Below are positions 63,783 to 64,000 of a stretch of 64,000 nucleotides of DNA, one piece after another; position 1 is the stretch's first letter, and each line of letters starts with the position of its first letter. The stretch lies in contig CBEUCH010000007.1 of NCBI GenBank assembly GCA_965541585.1, positions 113,055 through 177,054 of the forward strand, in the 5' to 3' direction. A model generated the notes under the pieces. That model ran no database searches. It saw only the letters and a list, made by a program, of their open reading frames with translations, and was not told the origin of the DNA. The translations under genes and the position numbers were made by a program. Origin of the DNA: an uncultured bacterium (lineage in GTDB: Bacteria; Zixibacteria; MSB-5A5; UBA10806).

Positions 63783-64000
63783 ATGAGATGGATAACTACC
63801 GCAGCGATTTTGATACTCCTCAACAGTTCCCATATTTACAGTTACGAACTTGAAGTGAGAGACTATCCCAATGATGACGGCACCAGACTTATCGTCCGAT
63901 GGGAAAAATTACCGCCCGCAGAACTTGAAGCCCTCGATCCGGAATCATACGCTCTCGAGCGTGCCCTTAGCCCCGATGGAGATTTCGTGGCGATCTCAGG
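63783..64000 (+). CDS. 5' part of a secreted protein with an FN3-like start (truncated)
   Basis: MRWITTAAILILLNSSHIYS signal, then EVRDYPNDDGTRLIVRW..YALERA..PDG.F; open to the window end. Confidence 0.55.
   Translation, partial: MRWITTAAILILLNSSHIYSYELEVRDYPNDDGTRLIVRWEKLPPAELEALDPESYALERALSPDGDFVAIS

Noticed and set aside
1..64000. CRISPR array, tRNA, rRNA, integrase or transposase
   Set aside because: No regularly spaced direct repeats, cloverleaf or rRNA-like tracts, or recombinase/transposase motifs were seen by eye. Intergenic gaps are too short for rRNA genes or a sizeable array.

Overview
A 64-kb, densely coding chromosomal segment from a diderm bacterium. FlgD/T9SS-type C-terminal domains, a PorV-family barrel and carboxypeptidase-regulatory-type TonB-dependent receptors point to the FCB superphylum, possibly Zixibacteria-like; this taxonomy is inference only. 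Contents in order: the tail of a surface-polysaccharide region (GT4, formyltransferase, methyltransferase); holA with an ECF sigma/anti-sigma pair; a five-gene poly-gamma-glutamate operon (pgsB-pgsC-pgsW plus a very basic secreted protein and a predicted outer-membrane beta-barrel, a candidate export conduit); pcm and PspC/LiaF-type envelope-stress genes; a plug-vWA fusion; dinB flanked by REP-like palindromes; an AT-rich Sir2-APAZ/short-Argonaute (SPARSA-type) defence island; an Ala/Gly symporter; secreted peptidases (M1, two S8); a tetraheme cytochrome c; a SigR/RsrA-like pair; atypical sucCD; asparaginase II; an HD protein; trpB2; an aminotransferase; a TonB receptor-CTD cargo-PorV-two-lipoprotein operon; a nine-gene operon able to dismantle the peptidoglycan stem peptide; and a convergent sugar ABC transporter. 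I found no tRNA, rRNA, CRISPR array or transposase. The best candidates for undescribed systems are the PGA export module, the TBDR/PorV/CTD module and the possible peptidoglycan-utilisation locus at 41-63.7 kb. All calls come from reading motifs by eye; no database searches were run.
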